Part shown: one piece after another, positions 38,179-52,075 of the stretch | Layout: each line of letters begins with the position of its first letter | How positions within the stretch are numbered: position 1 is the first letter of the stretch | Source: Chiloscyllium plagiosum | Taxonomy: Eukaryota | Length of the DNA: 64,000 nt | Direction: 5' to 3' | Assembly: GCF_004010195.1 (NCBI RefSeq) | Contig: NC_057719.1 | Span: 23,301,004-23,365,003, forward strand | The notes under the pieces: model-generated | Told to the model about the DNA's origin: nothing | What the model saw: the letters and a program-made list of their open reading frames with translations, nothing else | Database searches by the model: none | Translations under genes and position numbers: made by a program

Positions 38179-38974
38179 TCAAGATTATTTGGAAAAAGTG
38201 CATTTCCCCAAGTATTGACAATAAATATATTCAGTATATCTTTCTCCAAATTCTATTTGTCCCTTTCTATGTTGGATTGACATTTGCATGTAGCCTTGAG
38301 TTCTTTGCATTAATCAGGGTTTCTGCACCTGATGGAAATGGCAAATAAAAACTAGGGACAGCAATGTATGAAAGTATTTTGAAATGATGCTTCCAATGTC
38401 TATAGGGAATGGAGAAAGATGTAGCAGGGCAGAGGAGAGCAGGAAAATGTATTGTCTGGCCAGAGGGAATGAACAAAATATTAGGAAGACCACATGGACA
38501 GAGCTTACAAATGTGCAAGGTCTAAAGTCATTAGGGCAGGAGGAGGACCCAAGGCGGTCTTAATAAACAAAACAGGGAGGAAAGGAGCAGAAAATTGGAA
38601 AGAGGAAGCAAGAGACGTTTCTGAAAAGAGAGCAGAAATGATATGGAAAAGGGACAGAAGAATTAGTTCCACAAGAATTGAAACAAAGCCAGTCGTGAAG
38701 TTAACAGTAGGGTGAAATCAACACATTTAGAAGCAATGGATGAAAATGTAGCCAAAGTCTGTAATATGCACAGTGGAAACTAGTAAATAAGTTGAACAAT
38801 TGCCATCTGGCAGCAAACCTTGAAAATAGACTAAACAACTGTGACATGAAACAAAGAAGTGAGAATAAATCAAATCACAAACTACAGACAGGTTCCCAAA
38901 ATAGTTGGATGTTTGTTTGCGTACTTAAACAGTGTCCAAAACCATGGAGCATTTGTAATGAAATCCGAAAGATC

Positions 38975-39091
38975 CGGATGCTGTAAATCAGAAACAAAAA
39001 CAAAAGTTGCTGGAAAAGCTCAGCAGGTCTGGCACCAGCTGTGAAGAGAATCAAAGTTAACATTTCAGGTCCGGTGACCCTTCCTCAGAAC
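38975..39091 (-). mobile_element. Penelope pLTR of a related family with hammerhead-like motif
   Basis: Minus strand GTT-CTGAGGA-A-GGGTC/ACCG/GACCT-GAAA-TGTT-AAC (39091-39056). Confidence 0.75.
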
Positions 39092-39239
39092 CTTCAGTCT
39101 TGAATAGTCTGTGAGACTTAAACAAGCAAAAATGAGTCAAACAGAAAGGAAGTGAAAAGCTAAGAAGCTTTATGATTGGGGAAAAGGAAAGCTAATAAGC
39201 AAAGTAAATTCAAATTAAAAGATGAGAAGTGTAAAGGAC

Positions 39240-39516
39240 TGAGGACCAGGGTTTGATTCCACTCTCAGGCGACTGTCTGTGTGGAGTTTGCACATTCTCC
39301 CCATGTTTGCTTGGGTTTCCTCTGGGTGCTCCAGTTTCCTCCCAAAGATGGGTGTGTTAGGTAGACTGGCAATGCTGAATTGCCCATAGTGCCCAGGGAT
39401 GTGCAGGCTAGGTGGGTTAGCCATGGTAAAATTAGGATTGTAAGGATAGGGTGGGCACATGGGCCTGGGTGAGAGGCCTGAATGGCCTCTTCCTGCACTG
39501 TAGCAATTCTATTCTA
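39240..39516 (+). mobile_element. V-SINE, 5'-truncated
   Basis: B box ggtttgattcc, V-domain, attctattcta tail. Confidence 0.8.
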
Positions 39517-40727
39517 TTGAGGGAATAAAACTACCTGCAAATAAGCCAAAGCTATTGATGGAGGTCGCTATCTGCGTCCAAATATTAGTGGTATTGCTCC
39601 ACCAAATGGTGGAGACATGCAACTACATTGTGACATGACAGTTAAAATGTTTACAATTGAGATAGAATACTTGTACTTGGATTTCCAATACTAAATATTG
39701 ACATAAACTGTGTAGCTACAAACTGTTGTGGTGAAAATAATGATTTATCAGCAAGAATAGCACAATATTTCTCGAAGAATAGAAATGTGGAAGCTTTTCA
39801 GACTTTGGAGCAATAAATGTAGTAAGGTATTCTTCAGCTATTACCAATACTTGTCCCCTTATTCATGCATAATTTATGTTGATTTACCCCCAGTCTCTGA
39901 TGTGTTCTTTTCTGCTGTCTCATGGAGCTGCAATAGATGATGAGCAAAAACTCACTATTTTCAAAACTAAAATGATCAGGTGAGAAGATTTTGACCTTGT
40001 TGGATAGTACAGAATAAGAGGCAAGGAATTGGCAGTCTATTTCTATTTCTTCACATTTTTATTTCCAAAAGATTTGCTATACCCTGTTTAACACTATTAG
40101 TCAAAACTAAAACCTACCCTGAAAAGTTTATCCAGTCATAAACTGAGCTTTATTAGCCAGGACCTTTGGATCCTGCTGTGTGTTGAGTTACCTAATCTGA
40201 GCAAGTGTGATGGTGAGACTGCCGGAGCAGGGAAATAGTCACGCCTTGTGATTTTCACAGGGCTGTTCTGTAAACAACACAGAGGCAGCTTTGCTGGCCA
40301 TTGGAGGATGGCAGATGGATCCTCAAAGCTGGAGGACAAATCAGCTTTGAGGGGAATTGAAGGCCGCAAAAACAGGTAAGCAAGAAAGAGGGTGCTCAAT
40401 CTCCTTTTTTTTCATCTTAAATTATAAAAGAAAATTTGCAACAAGGCCATCAGGGTGGGGGAAGTGGTGAGAGGTAGCTCACTCTATAAACAGTGCTCCT
40501 GCAATCAGGAGAGCATGGAAGGAAGGTCTCAAGGTTGCTTTTTCTATCCATCCTGTCACCCAGGAGGCCAGCACTCAGACTACCACCTTCTGCAGAGACC
40601 TGAAAAATCCCAGTCATTTAATTGGCCTACTGGGGCCTGTAATTAATTTCAATAGACTCTTAATGAAGTGTCCTGTCAAAGCTCCACATGTGGAGTGGGG
40701 GAGGATATCGACCTGAGAATCAAGAAA

Positions 40728-41273
40728 GCTGCCTCAGAAAGCTGAGGAAATTCCACATGTCCACAGTGATACTCATCAGTTTTAATAGGTGCACCATAGA
40801 AAGCATCCTATCTGGATGCATCACAGGTTGGTACAGCAACTGCTCTGCCCAAGACCAGAAGAAATTACAGAGAGTTGTGAACACAACCCAGTCCATCACA
40901 CAAACCAGCCATGCATCCATAGACTCTGTCAACAACTCCCGCTGCCTTGGGAAAGCAGCCACCATTATCAAATACTCTCCCACCCCAGTTATACTCTCTT
41001 CCAGCCTCCTTCATTGGGCAGAAGTTACAAAAGTTTGAAAACATCGACCATCAGTTTCTTACCTGTTGTCATCAGACTTATGAACGAATCTCTCACATAT
41101 GAGAGTTAATCTTTCTCTGCACCTTCTCTATCACTGTAACACTATTATGCATTCAGTTCTATTACCTTGATGTACTAATGTAAGGTCTGCTTTGTCTAGT
41201 TAGCATACAAAACAATATTTTTTTGCTGTATCTCAGTATATGTGACAATAATAAATCAAATCAAATCAAATCA
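40728..41273 (+). mobile_element. Rex1/Babar-like LINE 3' fragment
   Basis: LRKLRKF..RCTIESILSGCITGWY; (aaatc)n tail. Confidence 0.85.
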
Positions 41274-43199
41274 AGGAGGGAAACTGCAATTTATGAGCGC
41301 ACCTTCATCCCTCTGCCCTCTCCAATGGCACACTTGCAAAAATATCCCAGAGTTGGAATAAACCAGCAAATTGGCTTGCCCAGTGGCTGTACTATTTTTA
41401 GGTCCTAATCACCTCTGATTACTAAGTAGGCCTCCAGAAACCCAGCCCCAGGTCCCACTGTTTCATCGTCCATATGCATAACTAGTAGGTGAGGATTGGA
41501 TCAAGCTGAGCTGCAATAGCCAATTGCAGACTAGCAGCTTTCAATGGGACATGTTAATAATGTTGAAGTACCAGAAGGTGCATTGCATCAGTTACTGCCT
41601 ATCCAGAGATGAAAGAAACTTGGCATCCTACATAAAATAAACAGTTAAGTGCGCACTCTTTTACATCGAGAGGAGACTCAAGATACTTGTGTGGGGTATA
41701 ATCTACAAAAATATATTAAAAGTTCATAAGTCGACAAAACAAAGGTTGTTCATGAATGCAATTGTCAGTGAAAATATAAGGACAAAATACAAATGTTGTT
41801 TTGCGATGCAAAAAAGAGTAGCAGCATGCAAATACTGTGCCTAATAGTTTCAATGAAACACTTGCAGCACAATTCTCATAGTGGATTTCAAAGGTCATGT
41901 TCACTTTCAAAAGCATATTGCTGGTTTCTCATAAATGATATAAGTTGTGGGGAAATGATTACAAAGGATAAACTAAGAAAGGAATAATCTGATAAGACAA
42001 CAGGTCCAATGTAGCAATCGATAACATTGTTGAGCTAAGGCAGTAACATGAAAAATGATCGATATTTCATTACAAACCATTAATTTACATTCTATATACA
42101 GACTCTAACCATATGTCATACAATATATAATCACTGTATTATTTTAATGTGAAAGTAATTCTAAAATATTTGATGCAGTCCAAGCACATTTATCATTCTC
42201 ACTAGTTATTTGTATCTCAATCAGTTATGTGATGCATCTTATGACATAATAGCAATAACAATAATGGAATTCTGTGTACTGTCTTGGCAAATTGTAGTTT
42301 GGATAAGATTGACAAATTGCATTCTCATATTATTAAGATTTTCCTTTAATTTGGAAATACGTGGCATTTACTGTTTAATTTCTTTGGCCACTTTGAGCAA
42401 CTTTACCAAATATTTCAGTCTGTGCATTTGCTGCTAAATTTCTAAGATGAGGCTAAATTTATGTTAAATGTTACAGCGATCTTTGGTTTCTTTAAAGAGA
42501 TGAATGTCTGTTTTCCTCTTTAGCCAATGATCTTCTGATAATGCAGACCTCCAGCTTTGAGGTTTATGCCTAATGCAAATGAGGTTTTATTAATGAGTCA
42601 TTCATTATGGAGAGAAATGCCATCTTAATTTTGTTAAAAGAGCAACTTCACTCTCAAAATTCTTTCTTCTTCCTGTTATAGTGGCTTAGCCATCCTATGA
42701 GTTGTTAAAAAATGTGGTCGATTTCTTTCTAGCCTTCATGATTAACTTATTGTTGGGAGGAGCTCTGCCTTTCTTGGATGTGTCTTCTAACACAAAATTC
42801 TTAAAGCAGCATATTAAATTAAATCTGTTGGAATGAGAGTCATATAAGGTTAATCTGATCATATGTCCCAATATAAATACCAGTATGTGGAAATTCAATC
42901 TCATTCTACTTGAAATAGAGGGTGATTCTTACAACAAGCTTGTTCTAAACCAAAATGCAAATCCTGCTTGAATCCAGAGATTTATCTACAATCTACTCAA
43001 CGCTATCCTTAACATCCAGCTGTCTCCTTGTGATTCTTTTTTTTTATATCCCAGGCAATTTGGTCACATTATCAGTTACTAGAGATCAGATGCTTTACTA
43101 TAAATCATTACCGAGTTTTTAAAGGAACCGTATCTATAATATAATGCTTTTTTCTCACAGAAGTACAAGGGCCACCACCCAATGCCGCTACACTTAACA

Positions 43200-43550
43200 G
43201 AAAAACTAGGAGCAGGAGAAGACCATTCAGCCCTTTGCGCCTGCTTCACGGCTGATCCTGTATCTCAATGTCATATTCCCATTTTCTCTCCTACATCTTG
43301 ATGCCTTTAATATCTAAAAGTTTTTCAATCTCTTGACTATACTCAGTGACCTGGCCTCCACAGCCTTTTGTGGTGGTGAATTCCATGGATTAACCATCCT
43401 CTGTGTAGAGTACTGCGTCCTCATCTCAATCCTAAATGGCCGATCCCATACCCTAATTTCACCAACTGGGGGACGTGTCATTCCTATATCTAATCTGCCT
43501 GCTCTGTTACAATGTGATACATTTTGATCAGATCTCCTCTCACCTTTCAA
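43200..43550 (-). mobile_element. Old CR1 3' fragment
   Basis: RPFRIEMRTQYSTQRMVNPWNSPPQKAVEA on minus strand. Confidence 0.7.
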
Positions 43551-43574
43551 AACAAAGCGAAGTAGAGTAGAATT

Positions 43575-45064
43575 GCTGACAACAATGCATCGCTCCCCAA
43601 CAGGCTCAATGCATTCTTTGCTCCTTTTGAACAGAAGGTCAGTGAAATGATGTCACCTACCTCAACAACCTTGGGTGCACTTGTACCCACAGTCGCCATC
43701 ACAAATCAGCGTTTCTTGGAGTGAACCCACGGAAAGCAACTGACCCTGATGGATTCCCCTGCTGTAAAGACTGATCCTGTGCGGACCAGCTAGCAGGAAT
43801 ATTCGCAGACATCTTTAACCTCTTCTTACTGTGATGTAAGGTTCCCAGATATTTCAAGAAGACCACGATCATCCTGGTGCCAAATTAAAATCAGGCCACA
43901 TCCCTTAACGACTATCACCCAGTGGCTCTGATATCCATTGTCATGAAATACTTTGAGAAGTTAGTATTGAAACACATCAATTCCAGCCTTCCAAACTGCT
44001 TTGATCCACTACAACTATCCTAATGTCACAAAGAGTCCACAGCAGACTCCCTGGGCCTTCACTCTTCCCTGGAACTTCCCAATAACAGGGACCCACAACC
44101 GAATCCTCAAATTCCTGAACCACAACCACAAGCAGTAAGGATAGGTGACAACATCTCCTCCACAATAGTCCTCAACACCCGTACCCTGCAAGGCTGTGTA
44201 CTCAGCCTAAACTCTTTACGCACTCACCACTGCGTGGCCAAATTCCACCCTAACTACATTTACAAATTTGCAAATGGCACCACCGTAGTGGGTTGGATCT
44301 CAAGCAACAGAGTACAGGAAGGAAATGGACAGCTTCTTGGCATGGTGTAAAGACAGCAATCTCTCCCTCAATGTCATCATAATTAAGGACTTCAGGAAAT
44401 AGAATGGAGGACACAGGCCTGTTTGTATCAGTAGTGGGGAGGTGGAGGTGGTTGAGACCTTGCTAGGAGTAACTATCACCAATAATCTATCCTGATCCAA
44501 CTATGTTGATGCTACAGTTAGGAAAGCACACCAGTGCCTCTACTTCTTCAGAAGGCTGAGGAAATTCAATAAATCCTGAATGATTCTTACCAAATGTTAT
44601 GGATGCAATATCCAGGTGCATCACAGCGTGGTACAGCAACTGCTCTGCCCAAGACCACAAGACATTATAGCGAATTAGGAATGCATCCCAGTCCATCATA
44701 AAAACCAGTCTTCCTTCCATTGACACCACCTATATTTCCCACTGCCTCAGGAAAGCAGCCAGCATCATCAAAGACCCCCTCCCACCCAGGTTATACACTC
44801 TTCCACCCTCTTTCATCAGGCAGAAGATACAAAAGTTTGAAAACACATACCAACAAATTTAAGAACAGCTTCCTCCCCACTATTAAATGGATGTCTCAAA
44901 TATTAGAATTGATTTTTCTCTGCACCTTCTTTGTAACTGTAACACTAAATTCTGCACTTGGTCCTATTATCCTAATGTACTAATGTAAGGCATTAGTCTG
45001 GTTAGCATGCAAAGTTTCATTGTACATCAGTAAATGTGACAATAATAAATCAAATCAAATCAAA
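43575..45064 (+). mobile_element. Rex1/Babar-like LINE, decayed RT region
   Basis: Homologous to 19808-21462 ([22 protein letters not shown]); (aaatc)n tail. Confidence 0.85.
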
Positions 45065-45867
45065 CCCTAGTGAAGACAGGCCCAGTCAAATGAGTCTCTC
45101 CTCATTTGACAGTCTTGCCACTCATTTTATTAGTCTAATGAACCCTCACTGCATCTTTCTACTGCAAATATATCCACTCTCAGGTAAGGAGAGCAAAACC
45201 GCGCACACCATACTTACTTCTGAACTTGAATCCTCTTCCAGCTAAGGCCAACTAAACTTTCACCTTCACCTTGCTTGCTGCACCTGCATGTTTACTCAAG
45301 ATGTTAGCAACACCTACAATTAAATAACAACTGGGGGTAATTTGAAGATTTGAATGGACATTTCCAGAAGTAAATGGAACCCCAAGAAATCTTAGCCTTA
45401 CAGAAACGTTTGCAACAGAACTCAAACCAAGTGGTTAATCTTCAAATTTTGGATAGATGTCTGACATAAGTGGGTTGAAGGAAAGTCAAAAGTTCAGCCT
45501 GAGTGGTTGGACTTTTAAATTTGAATTAACTGGTGTTTTAAGATACAATACAGTTATTTGTATTCATGATCCTTGCCTTTTGTCTAATGAAACTCCTTGG
45601 GTTTAAACCATGAACTATGAGGTTTTATTGTTTTATCTCTGGGTCACTGAGTTTAAAAACAACAGTAAAATACAACATTGCTGGTCTCTAGAATGATACT
45701 ACAGATGAGAAGGCAATGACATAATACTCGATACTAAACTACCATGATTACTACAAGAATTAATATTCATGGTTATATCATTTGCAATTGAAAAAAAATG
45801 TGAATTGTTGCTCTTTAATTAAAATCAACAACCCATAACAAAATGGAAGAAATTGAGTTGTGTTGAC

Positions 45868-47985
45868 ATACAGAATAGCAACAGACCCTTTGATCCAACT
45901 AATCCATGCTAACAATGTTCCCAGACCAAACCAAACCAATTGCCTCTGTTTGGCTCATATCCCTCCAAACCTTTTCTAATCATGTACCTATCCAAACTTT
46001 GTAACTGAACCTACATCCATCACTTCCTCTGGCATTTCATTCATTACATGAACAACTCACTGTATGAAAGATGTTGCCCCTCACATCCTTTTCAAATTTT
46101 TCTCCTCTTATCTTAAAAATATGCCCTTTACTTTTGAACTCCCCAACATAAGGAGAAGATGTTTGCTGTTCACCTTATTGATGCTCCTCATGGTTTCATA
46201 CACCTCTATAAGAACAAAGAACAAAGAAAATATACAGCCCAGGGCCCTTAAGCCCTCCAAGCCTGAGCTGATCTAAATCCACTGTCTAAACCTATCTCTC
46301 AATTCCTAAACATTTGTATTCCTCTGCTCCCCATCTACTAACTCTGCTGGCAATGCTTTCCAGGCACCTACCGCCCTCTGCGTAATAAAGTTAACACTCA
46401 ACCTCCTATGCTCTGGTGAAAAAAGTCCTAACCTATCCAGCCTATTCTTATAACCCAAGCCTCAATTTCCAGCAACATTCTGGTAAGTATTTTCTGCACC
46501 TTTTCTAATTTCACAATAGCCTTCCTATAACAGGATGACAAGAACTGTACACAGTACATCAGGAGAAGCCTCACCAACATCTTGTGCAACCTCAACTCCT
46601 ATAATCAAAGATCTGAGCAATGAAGGCAAGCATGCTAAATGCTTTCTTAATCACCCTGTCTACATGTGACACACATTTCAAGAAAATATTTACCTGCACC
46701 CCCAGGTCTCTTCTAAACTACTACAGAGGACTCTACCATTAATTTTGTGAGTCCTGCCTTGTTTGTTTGAGCAAAATGCAACATCTTGCACTTATTCAAA
46801 TTAAACCCCGCCTGCCACTCCTCAGCCCATTGGCCCAATTCATCAAGATACCTTTGTAATCTTCTTCACTGTCCACTATACCACCAAATTTGGTGTTATC
46901 CACCAATTTACTAACCATGTCTCCTAAATTCTCATCCAATTTGTTCATATAAATGATAATAAAAGTAGACTCAGTACTAATCCCTGTGGAACACTGCTGC
47001 TCACAGACCTCCAATCAAAAAAAACCTCCACCACCACCCTGTGTATCCTTCCGTCAATCTAATTTTGTATCCAATTGGCAAAATTGACAAACACTCCCTA
47101 AATCCCATGTGATCTATGTTTACTAATTAGTCTATCATATGGAAACTTGTCAAAATCTTTACTAAAATCCATGTAAACAAAATCTACCGCTTTGCTGTCC
47201 TCAATCTTTCTGAATGCTTTCTCAAAAAATACAATCAAGTTTGTGAGATACAATTTTGCTCTCACAGAGCTGTGCTGACTATCTTTAATCAGTCTTTGTC
47301 TCTACAAATGCATGTAAATCCTATCTTTCAGAATAACCTCCAAAAACTAGCCACCACCAACGTCAGATTCACAAGTCTACAGTTGCTAAGCTTCTCCTTA
47401 CAGCCTTTCTTAAATAAAACCATAATATTTGCCATCTTCCAGTACTCCAGCATCTCATTTGTAGTTATAGATAATACACATATCTCAGCAGGTAGTCCAG
47501 CAATTTCTTCCCTGGGATACCTTTGATCAAGTCCTGGAAATTTATCCACCTTTATGTTTTCTAAGAACTCCAGCACATCTTCTTCTGTAATGTGAACTGT
47601 TTTCAAAACATCAATATTTATTCCCCTGCATTCTCTAGCCTCCCTTAGTTCCCTCACATGCAAAATATTTATCTAGCATCTCTCCCATTTCCTGAGATTC
47701 AATATAATGTCAACCACGTTGATCTTTAAAGGGTTCTATTCTCTCCCCAGCTGCTCTTTTGCTCTTAGTGTACTTGTAGAATCTATTTGGATTATCCTTA
47801 AACTTAACTGCTGAGGTTATCTCCTATCCTCTTTCTGCCCTCTTGATTTCCCTCTGGAATGCCTCTACATCCATTAGACTCTTAAAGAGATTCATTTGAT
47901 CCCAGTTTTCTATATCTAATATATGCCTCTTTCCTATTCTTGACCAGGTCTTCAATATCTTTATTCATCTATTGCTCCCTACACT
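45868..47985 (-). mobile_element. CR1 LINE, decayed RT region with a nested CR1 3' end (~46211-46395)
   Basis: ENIKVDKFPGLD, EYWKMANIMVLFKKG, SKLVDNTKFGGIVDSEED on minus strand. Confidence 0.85.
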
Positions 47986-48198
47986 ACATATTATCATGGT
48001 TTACATATATCATTATTGCTTTTCAATCAGCTAAACATCACCTAATGGAAATAAAAATCAGCAAGTTTGTTAAAACAACTATACGATAGAGGATCGTGAG
48101 CAAGAATCTTCCTATTATATTGGTGCAGCCCATTGATTTCTATTGAGATTTGTGTTAGAGAATCTTAAAGACTTTTAGTTAGAGGTGGATAGTGCCAA

Positions 48199-48486
48199 GG
48201 GTCTAGATTAGAGTGGTGCTGGAAAAGCACAGCAGTTCAGGCATCATCCGAGGAGCAGGAAAATCGACGAAGTCCACATTGATGCCCTGGGGTTGAAGTG
48301 TTCCGAGGCAGAAGATGAGGCGTTCTTCCTCCAGACGTCGGGTGGTGAGGGAGCAGCGGTGAAGGAGGCCCAGGACCTCCATGTCCTCGGCAGAGTGGGA
48401 GGGGAGTTGAAATGTTGGGCCACAGGGCAGTGTGGTTGATTGGTGCGGGTGCCCCAGAGATGTTCCCTAAAGCGCTCTGCTAGGAG
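48199..48486 (-). mobile_element. Penelope (Neptune-type) GIY-YIG C-terminus fused to pLTR; 15-bp TSD
   Basis: LAERFREHLWGTRTNQPHCPVAQHFNSP then (frameshift) MEVLGLL..RRLEEERLIFCLGTLQPQGINVDF; TSD ggtggatagtgccaa at 48184-48198 and 48487-48501. Confidence 0.9.
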
Positions 48487-49016
48487 GGTGGATAGTGCCA
48501 ACTATGGCAAGTAAGCAAACATGAATGCACATAACCTGAAGTCAATAGCGAGCAAAACTGCAGTTTGTATGAAGGCAGTCAATCGATGCACACACATTGA
48601 AACTGAACATTGTTTACTGCACTTGAAGCTCTTCGGCACACTTTTGACTGAATGCGCTGCAGATGGTATTTATAATCAACCTGTTTAGTGATATCATTAC
48701 AAGTCTCTGGAGCAGATGGGATATGAACAAAGCCCAGAAGTAAGGACACTACTATTGCACCTTAAAAGTCCTCCAGTTAGGCTCAATACTGCCATGAAAT
48801 AAATGCTAACAGGACATTTCAATATACAGTATTCTTATGTACTGACTCAATTATGTTAGGAACAGTTTATATCATCATTCTTAGAATGTGTTGTTTAATA
48901 AAACAACTTGCTTTCCAAAGATAAAAAAAACTACAATTGAGTCCTACCTTTCAACAATAATAGATGTAAAATGAATATGGCTGGACACTAGTTGCCAGAC
49001 CAGTTTTATTCATGGT

Positions 49017-49108
49017 CAAGATTAGAGTGGTGCTGGAAAAGCACAGCAGGTCAGGCAGCATCCGAGGAGCAAGAAAATCCATGTTTCGGGCAAAAGCCCT
49101 TCTTTTGC
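49017..49108 (-). mobile_element. Penelope pLTR mini-element; 17-bp TSD
   Basis: TSD ccagttttattcatggt at 49000-49016 and 49109-49125. Confidence 0.9.
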
Positions 49109-50730
49109 CCAGTTTTATTCATGGTAAAGACTTTACTTGTGATGGTCATGGATTGTATGCATTTCTACCTCGCAAGCTAAATCTAATAAACAAAAATGAC
49201 GATTACAATATCCTTGTATGAGATTACCTGAGCCCATTTAGTAGAGGAACAAAATAATCTTCTGGCATTCATGCAGATAACCATGTTGCCTTTTTTAATA
49301 TTTTTGAAGTCCTCATTTTAATTTTAGTGCATGTTTTGTTAATCGTTTAGGAACTTATGGAGTATATTACTTGGCACAAATAGAATATCAATCTGCAAGT
49401 GAATTCATTTTTAAGCACAACAGCATTAGCTTTCAAATTGCATAGAAGTAAAGTGTAATAATCTGTGTGCTACTCTAGTTATATGTAAAACTGGCTGAGA
49501 GTTTTACACATACCCAAACACAAGTAGGTTTGATTCTTTGTACTGTCTGATAGCCAAAAATATAAACAACTCAAATTCTTCTCAGCCCATGATAAAATGA
49601 TTAATATTAATGTCAACATTCAAGCTGTAATGCTGAAGACAGAATAATGATATTGTCACTTGAAATATTGACTGCAATATCAAATGCCCAACATAGGTAC
49701 TGTATTTAATGCAATTAATTATGAGACTTCAGATACCACATCAAATTATGGAAATCTTATTGATCAGCTGTTAGAATTCTTAAGTCTCTTATTGCTCATG
49801 AAGGTTTTCAGCTGTACAAATTTAATAGCCAGGTGCTTAAAATGCATGTTGCAAAACCACTAGCATTTGTATTGTTGACTTACTTGTCATTAAAAGAATA
49901 TATCAGCTAATCTAATCAGCAGGCTAGTTTATAACATCAAAATGCTAAAGAATAATAACACTTACATGGTGTTTTTCATGTTGATACATAAATTATGGCA
50001 GTTTATGCCTGTCCTTATTTACAGAGAGGTACTTTTTATGTAATTGTTCAACAATTTGATCATCTGAGTCAGAAGACATGAAGGTGACATATTGTTTAGC
50101 TCGAAATACATCTGTGGCTGGGGGAATTTTCATGACTGAAATCAAGTTAACATTAAATTCCAATTAGTTTCAGAATTTCCACAGAATTACTTCAATGAAC
50201 ATTTCAGCACTGATGTTATCTTGCAGGTTAATTATGAATTCTGTTTGTTAAATAGTGCACATTGAAATAAAACTATGACAACAAACAGGATACTGTGTTT
50301 TTTAGGCTTTACAAATACTTTACAAGTCTATGACCTTTGTTTGGACCATTGGTAGATGAAGAGAAAAGATGAAGATTAGTCCAATAGTGTTTTGCATTAT
50401 TTTTCAGTTTCCCTTATCCCCTTAGCCTGTATCATTTATGTTCGCTTATCTTTAACTGCTGTAAAGGGTGAGTCCCAAATCTCTTATCCTTGACTGTGTC
50501 TATAATTATCTTAGCCTTTGATAATATGCTACAGAAAGTGAACAGCAATCCCTTCTTGATGGTTGTTCTCAGCCACAGGGCTTTTTTCACATCTTCATAT
50601 GATTGCACTGCATCCGTTGAACTATTGTGTCACACCACAGCAATCTGTGCTTCAGTTTGAAATATTAGATACATTTATTGCATAAAAGTTGAGCAAACAT
50701 ATATGTAGATATATTCTTTGCCTGTTACAT

Positions 50731-50880
50731 CATCGAAGAGTGTGGTGTGGAATTCCTGATGAAGGGCTTATGCCCAAAATGTCGATTCTCCTGCTCTTCG
50801 GATGCTGCCTAACCGGCTGTGCTTTTCCAGCACCACACTCTTCGACTCTGATCTTCAGCATCTGCAATCCTCACTTTCTC
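50731..50880 (+). mobile_element. Penelope pLTR mini-element with short 5' inverted piece; degenerate 15-bp TSD
   Basis: ctttgcctgttacat 50716-50730 vs ctttgcctattatat 50881-50895; attc-ctgatga-agggcttatgccc-aaaatgtc (core mutated). Confidence 0.85.
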
Positions 50881-52075
50881 CTTTGCCTATTATATGTTTA
50901 CTGTTAATGACTTCAGGAGAAACCTATCTCTTTGCAATTAACGTTTGAATAATGGAGTTTTCTATTCTTTCAACCTCACACAGCATTAGGAGATTAATTA
51001 ATCAACAATGTTGTTTTGAATTTCAAACTGTTTTTTTTTTCTATTTCTTGATTTTAAAACTATTTAATTATCTCAAAAGTGATTGCACCAGCAGGACCTT
51101 TGGAGGGAGTTTTAACTTGCTCTGCTTCATGGAAATGGGGTTAGCTCTATTACTGCAAACCTTTCATTTTAGCATTGCGTATATCAGTGGCAGATGCAGT
51201 GTCCATGGAAATTACACTGGACCTTATCGAGAAGGGTTATTTCAGGACCTATCATATCATTTGAGCAGGAGTTGGCATAACCTTTGAGTGGAGAATTAAG
51301 GAGTTGGTAGGTTTCTGGGCAAGAAGATGCTGCAGGTCATATGCTTAAGGTGTTTTTTTTTTGTTTGTTCACTTCTGTACCTTCCAATTACATATTAGCC
51401 TGTGTAGGATTGATTAGGTCAGTTGGCCGAATGGCTGTTCTCTAATGCAGTGTGGTACTAATAACAAGGGTTCAAATCCTGCAGTGGCTAAGGTTATGGT
51501 AAATGCCCTGCCTTGTCCCTTGCTTGAGGGACCATCATTGCAAATTCTCTGTCTCTAATGGGCAGGGGAGACTAGGATGACCTCACCTTTACTTTGTCTG
51601 TGTAAATCAAATAGAATATAGTTTCCAAAAGATAATGGTGAGGCCAAGAATGTTAATGGATGGACTGACAAAACAAGGCCAAGAACAATTTGAAGACTTT
51701 TTTTTATATATGTGGTATGAGCTCATTGTGATTGCTGTTACTTCGGAACATGGAGAGAATTTTGGTGAGACTTCCAGGTCTGAGAGACTTCCTTGAAAGA
51801 AAAACTTAGAAAGACACCAGTTTGAATATCATCACTGCATGCTTGTAGTAAAGAATTAGTGACATAGAGCAACTTTGGCTCCAAGTGTGGCATTTGTGCC
51901 ACAACAACTTTCTGATCACCTGGCAACTCCAAGAAAACACGTCCACTCAGAGTGCAGACACCAGATAGTGAATACTGTTTCTTTTATACAGCCCATAGGC
52001 CTCACTAACTGCTGAGCTTCCTCAGAAGCTCAGAGACTGTGAGTATTGGAACAGAGTTGGTGTGGCTGGAAGTAT

